From: Longimicrobiales bacterium
GTDB lineage: Bacteria; Gemmatimonadota; Gemmatimonadetes; Longimicrobiales; Gaopeijiaceae
Direction of reading: 5' to 3'
Assembly: GCA_963664435.2 (NCBI GenBank)
Contig: CAXXKM010000001.1
Location: 1,440,001 to 1,504,000 of the forward strand
DNA: 64,000 bases
In this document: in pieces, positions 58,846-64,000 of the stretch
How positions within the stretch are numbered: the first letter of the stretch is position 1
How the letters are laid out: each line of letters opens with the position of its first letter
The notes under the pieces: generated by a model
Database searches by the model: none
Told to the model about the DNA's origin: nothing
The model's input: the letters and a program-made list of their open reading frames with translations, nothing else
Program-made: the position numbers and the translations under genes

Positions 58846-59859
58846 TTACTCCGCCCCCGCCATCGCTTCCTCCAGGCCCCCGTCCCGCCGCAGCTGCTCG
58901 AGGTCGTCCTGGTACTTGAGCAGCACGCCCAGCGTGCGGTTCACCGTCTCGCGGTCGAGTACCCGGCGGTCCAGGGCCATCAGGGCGCGCGCCCAATCCA
59001 GGGTCTCGGCCACGCCGGGCCGCTTGAACAGCTCCATCTCGCGCACCTTGCGCACGAAACCCACGACCTGGGCGCTCAGCCCCCCCGGCGCTTCCGGCAC
59101 CCGCGATGCGAGGATCGCCATCTCCCGCTCCGCCGTCGGATAGTCGATCCAGTGGTAGATGCAGCGGCGCTTGAGGGCGTCGTGGATCTCACGGGTGCGG
59201 TTGGAGGTGATGACCACCACCGGAGGAGTTTCCGCCCGCATGGTGCCCAGCTCGGGGATGGTGATCTGGTAGTCCGAGAGCACCTCCAGGAGATACGCCT
59301 CGAAGGGCTCGTCGCTGCGGTCCAGCTCGTCGATGAGGAGCACGGGCGCCACGCCGTCCGCCGGGTCCAGCGCCTGCAGCAGCGGACGCCGGATCAGGAA
59401 CTCCTCTCCGAAGACGTCGCGTTCAGCGACCGGCCGCGAACTTCCAGCGCTGGAGGCGCCATCGCTCCCAATCCCGTCCCGTCCCAGCTCCGCGGCCCGG
59501 ATGTGGATCATCTGCTTCGCGAAGTTCCACTCGTAGGCGGCCGCGGCCATGTCCAGCCCCTCGTAGCACTGGAGCCGCACCAGGGGCTTGCCCAGCGCGC
59601 CCGCCACCGACCGGGCCAACTCGGTCTTGCCTACCCCCGCCTCTCCCTCCAGGAACAGGGGACGGCCCAGCTCGAGCGCCAGAAAGAGAGCGGTCCCGAG
59701 GCTCGCGTCCGCGACATACCCCTGGCCGCCGAGCAGCGCCACGGCGTCGTCCACCGAGCGGGGAAGGGGCGCAGGACCGCCCCCATCGTCGACCGAACGC
59801 GGCGAGGGCGCAGGACCGCTCTGCTCAGCGCGGCCCCGCGCCCTCTCTGTTTCGTCCAT
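58846..59859 (-). CDS. coxD: CoxD-type MoxR AAA+ ATPase
   Basis: EGEAGVGKT, RLQCYEGLD, LIDELDR, TSNRTREIHDALKRRC. Confidence 0.9.
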   Translation of the reverse strand: MDETERARGRAEQSGPAPSPRSVDDGGGPAPLPRSVDDAVALLGGQGYVADASLGTALFLALELGRPLFLEGEAGVGKTELARSVAGALGKPLVRLQCYEGLDMAAAAYEWNFAKQMIHIRAAELGRDGIGSDGASSAGSSRPVAERDVFGEEFLIRRPLLQALDPADGVAPVLLIDELDRSDEPFEAYLLEVLSDYQITIPELGTMRAETPPVVVITSNRTREIHDALKRRCIYHWIDYPTAEREMAILASRVPEAPGGLSAQVVGFVRKVREMELFKRPGVAETLDWARALMALDRRVLDRETVNRTLGVLLKYQDDLEQLRRDGGLEEAMAGAE

Positions 59860-59880
59860 CTGCCGGTTCGTGCGGTCCCG

Positions 59881-60675
59881 CTAGCCGCAGGCCTCCACGG
59901 CCCGCTTCGCCATCACCGTGACCAGATGGGCCCGGTACTCGGCGCCCGCCACGTTGTCGGACAGCAGCCCGTCCGATGATACGCCGATGCCCGCGACCGC
60001 ATCGGCCGAGAAGTCGTCCGCCAGCGCGGCCTCCATCTCCGCCACACGGAAGACGCCCGCGCCCGCGCCGGTCACCGCGACCCGCACGCCATCGGAATCC
60101 TCGGCCACCATCACCCCCGCGACCGCGTACTTCGACGCCGGGTTCTCGAACTTCGCGTAGGCGGCCCGGTCCGGGATCGGGAAGCACACGGCGGTAACCA
60201 GTTCATCCTCCTCCAGCGGCGTCTCGAACATCGCCCCGAAGAAGTCGTCCGAGGAGATCTTGCGCCGGTCGGTGATGATGGTCGCGCCCAGCCCGACGCA
60301 CGCCGCCGGATAGTCCGCCGCGGGATCGTTGTGGGCCACCGAGCCGCCGATGGTGCCGCGGTTGCGCACCTGGGGGTCGCCGATGCGGCCGGCCATCGCC
60401 GCCAGCGCCGGGATGCGCTCCCGCACCACGCTCGACGCCGCAACCTGCGCGTGCGTGCAACACGCGCCGATCTTGAGGCAGTGCCCGTGATCCTCGATGT
60501 CGCTCAGTCCCGGCACGTTGCGCAGCGACACCAGATCGCTCGGGGCGGCCATGGCCAGCTTCATGACGGGCAGCAGGCTCATGCCCCCCGCCAGCACCTT
60601 GCCGTCGTCCGCGCCCCTGAGGGCGCTCAGGACACCGTCAACCGAAGACGGTGCGTGATATTGAAAATCGTCCAC
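59881..60675 (-). CDS. coxM: FAD-binding medium subunit (CoxM/CutM family)
   Basis: LAGGMSL, IGDPQVRNRGTIGGS, DPAAD. Confidence 0.9.
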   Translation of the reverse strand: MDDFQYHAPSSVDGVLSALRGADDGKVLAGGMSLLPVMKLAMAAPSDLVSLRNVPGLSDIEDHGHCLKIGACCTHAQVAASSVVRERIPALAAMAGRIGDPQVRNRGTIGGSVAHNDPAADYPAACVGLGATIITDRRKISSDDFFGAMFETPLEEDELVTAVCFPIPDRAAYAKFENPASKYAVAGVMVAEDSDGVRVAVTGAGAGVFRVAEMEAALADDFSADAVAGIGVSSDGLLSDNVAGAEYRAHLVTVMAKRAVEACG

Positions 60676-60688
60676 GTTCGCTCTCCGG

Positions 60689-63060
60689 TCAGTCCTGGGC
60701 CTGTGCGGCCTGAATTGCTTGCCAAACCCGCTCCGATGTGGCGGGCATCTCGATGTGGGTCACGCCCAGCGGGCTCAGCGCGTCGACCACCGCGTTGATC
60801 ACCGCGGGCGGAACGCCGATCGAGCCGACCTCGCCGACTCCCTTCACCCCCAACGGGTTATGCGTGCAATGGGTCGTGTTGTGGTTGATGTTGAAGTTGG
60901 GCAGGTCGCCCGCGCGCGGCATGGTGTAGTTCATGTACGAACCGGTCACCAGCTGGCCCTCCGCGTCGTACTCGCAGTGCTCGAGCAGCGCCTGTCCGAT
61001 GCCGTGGGCCAGGCCGCCGTGCAGCTGCCCGTTGACGATCATGGGGTTGATGATGCGCCCGACGTCGTCGGCGCCGGTCACGCTCACCAGCTCGACTACG
61101 CCGGTCTCGGGGTCCACCTCCACCTCGGCGATGTGGGTGCCGGCGGGGAAGGTGAAGTTGAGGGGATCGTAGAACGCGGTCTCCTCGAGGCCGGGCTCGA
61201 GGCCCTCGGGATAGTTGTGGGGCACATACGCGGTCAGCGCGACCTCGCCGATGCTCTTCGAGCGGTCGGTGCCGGCCACCGTGAAATTGCCGTCGGCGAA
61301 CTCGATGTCCTCCTCGGAGGCCTCCAGGAGATGGGCGGCGATCTTCCTGCCCTTGGCGATGACCTTCTGCACGGCGTTGTAGATGGCGGTGCCGCCCACG
61401 GCCAGTGAGCGCGACCCGTAGGTGCCCATGCCGAAGGGGATTGCGTTGGTGTCGCCGTGCACCACGTCGACGGCCTCGAAGTCGACGCCCAGCGTCTCGG
61501 CGACGATCTGGGCGAAGGTGGTCTCGTGCCCCTGGCCGTGGCTGTGCGTGCCGGTGAAGACCGACACCGAGCCCGTGGGATGCACGCGCACGCTGCCCAC
61601 CTCGTACAGCCCGGCGCGCGCGCCCAGCGACCCCACCACCGCCGAGGGCGCAATGCCGCACGCCTCGATGAAGGTCGAGATGCCGATGCCGCGCAGTTTC
61701 CCGCGGCTGCCCGCCTCCGACCGGCGCGCCTCGAAGCCGTCCCAGTCGGCGGCGCTCAGCGCGAGGTCGAGGGTGGCGTCGTAGTCGCCCTGGTCGTACT
61801 GGAGGGCGACCGGGGTCTGGTAGGGGAACTCGCGGATGAAGTTGCGGCGCCGGATGTCGACCCGGTCGATGCCGGTCGCGGCGGCGGCCTTGTCGACCAG
61901 GCGCTCGAGCAGGTAGGTGGCCTCCGGCCGCCCCGCCCCCCGCAGCGCGTCTACAGGGACGGTGTTGGTGAACACCCCCTCGACCTCCACGTAGATGGCC
62001 GGGGTCGTGTACGGCCCCGCGAACAGGATGCCGTACAGGTAGGTCGGCACGCAGGTCGCGAAGGTGGACAGGTAGGCCCCCAGGTTGGCCTTGGTGGAGA
62101 CCTTGAGACCGACGAACCTGCCGTCCTCGTCCAGCCCCAGCGTGGCGGTGCTGAGATGGTCGCGGCCCTGGGTGTCCGAGACGAAAGCCTCCGAGCGGTC
62201 CGAGGTCCACTTCACGGGCCGGCATAGCTGGCCCGCGGTCCAGGTGAGGATCGCCTCTTCCGCGTAGTGGGGGATCTTCGATCCGAAGCCGCCTCCGACG
62301 TCGGGCGCCACGATGCGCAGCTTGTGCTCCGGCAGGCCGAGTACGAAGGCGCCCAGCAGCAGCCGGATCAGGTGGGGGTTCTGGCTGGTGGTGTAGAGGG
62401 TGTACTCGTCGGTGGTCGGGTCGAAGTTGCCGATGGCGGCCCGCGGCTCGATGGCGTTGGGCACCAGCCGCTGGTTCACCACGTCGATGGAAACCACGTG
62501 GGCGGCGCCGTCGATGGCGGCCTCCGCAGCCGCCCGGTCACCCACCTCCCAGTCGTAGCACAGGTTGCCGTCGGCTTCGTCCCACACTTTCGGCGCGCCG
62601 TCCGCGCGGGCGGCCTCGAGCGAGGCGACCGCGGGCAGGTCCTGGTAGTCGACGTCGATCAGGGCCGCGGCCTCGCGCGCCTGGTCGCGCGTCTCCGCCA
62701 CCACGATGGCCACGATTTCACCCACGTGGCGCACCTTGCCGACGGCCATGGCCGGGTGCTTCGGCTCCACCATGGGCGAGCCGTCCTTCGAGTGGATCAA
62801 CCACCCGGTCGGCACGCCGCCCACATGCTCCATGTTCGCTCCCGTGAACACGGCGTGCACGCCCGGCGCCGCCTCCGCCGCGCTGGTGTCCACACTTCCC
62901 AGGTTGGCGTGCGCGACCGTCGAGCGCAGCAGGTGGGCGTACAGCTGCCCGGGCAGGTTGATGTCGTCGGTGTAGCGTCCGCGTCCGGTCAGAAAGCGGG
63001 CGTCTTCCTTGCGCTTGAGGCTCGCGCCGATGAAGCCGGTTCCGTTGCTTCCGTTGTCAC

Positions 63061-63064
<4 letters not shown>
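60689..63064 (-). CDS. coxL: Molybdopterin large subunit, form II CoxL-like (xanthine dehydrogenase family)
   Basis: [19 protein letters not shown], active-site loop ALRGAGR (not form I AYxCSFR), HGQGHET, GVKGVGE. Confidence 0.88.
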
Positions 63065-63534
<470 letters not shown>

Positions 63535-63808
63535 CGAACCTCCTTGCCGGATCGGGTGAGTTTCATTGGAACCAAATTGGCTTTCTCCAGCCGATGTTAC
63601 TTCGAGTGCCGAGGGCGGCGCAATCTCTGCTCGCGACCGCGGGCAATCGTCGTTCGCGGCCACCTGCGATCTCCTTTCGCCCCCGCCGGCGATCCCGGTT
63701 CACACCCGCTGCCGATCCCGGTTCACACCCGCCGGCCATCTTTGTTCGACGACGGTCCCTGCCTACGTTGCCGGGAAGATTTTCCGCACAGCATCAGGAG
63801 GATGACGA

Positions 63809-64000
63809 ATGCCCGGTACACCAGCAGCCCGGTGGATGCCGCTCGCCCTGGCCCTCGCCGCACACACCGCTCTGTTCGCCGCGCGCGCCGGCGCGCAGGA
63901 GCCGGCGGCGTGGGGCGGCGATGAACTGTTCTTCCACACCTTCTCGATCGCCGCCATCGATCCCGCGACCGGGGAGTCGGGGGTCGCGGTCACCACCCGC
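63809..64000 (+). CDS. DUF1028 (Ntn-hydrolase-like) protein, 5' part only
   Basis: AGGAGG RBS; manual translation MPGTPAARW...AGAQEP...HTFSIAAIDPATGESGVAVTTR runs off the window edge. Confidence 0.75.
   Translation, partial: MPGTPAARWMPLALALAAHTALFAARAGAQEPAAWGGDELFFHTFSIAAIDPATGESGVAVTTR

Overview
High-GC bacterial DNA. The gene content (VPS10/BNR hydrolase, beta-propeller lipoproteins, LRR and cadherin-like surface proteins, DUF1640-like genes) suggests Gemmatimonadota, possibly a host-associated symbiont; that is inference only. The backbone carries a Tat-exported molybdopterin oxidoreductase pair, a nitrilase-family hydrolase, an ALDH7-type dehydrogenase, creatininase and qor genes, a complete moxR-DUF58-batABCDE operon, a split xdhC, two VapBC-type TA modules, a TonB-receptor/beta-propeller operon and a form-II-like coxSLM-D...E cluster. 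The main discovery is an ~18.7-kb tyrosine-recombinase element (12209-30915). It is bounded by an 8-bp CGTTACGT direct repeat, and removing it restores a palindromic, non-tRNA target. Its ~146-bp right end is about 70% identical, without gaps, to a second end at 833-978, which implies a sister element leaving the window on the left. A GCAGATCGTGCAG box occurs in both right ends and just upstream of the integrase start. Cargo: an IS with a 4-bp target duplication inserted just upstream of the integrase, a tandem-domain putative DNA-binding protein, a dynamin-like GTPase flanked by oriT-like hairpins, and a five-gene surface-protein operon (Ig x5+CARDB, LRR-metalloprotease, LRR-Ig, split-C2-like protein, lipoprotein). 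A (GGCTC)22 tract in a leader ORF precedes the operon and could phase-vary it through translational coupling. No rRNA, tRNA or CRISPR array was seen. All calls come from reading the sequence; no database search was run.
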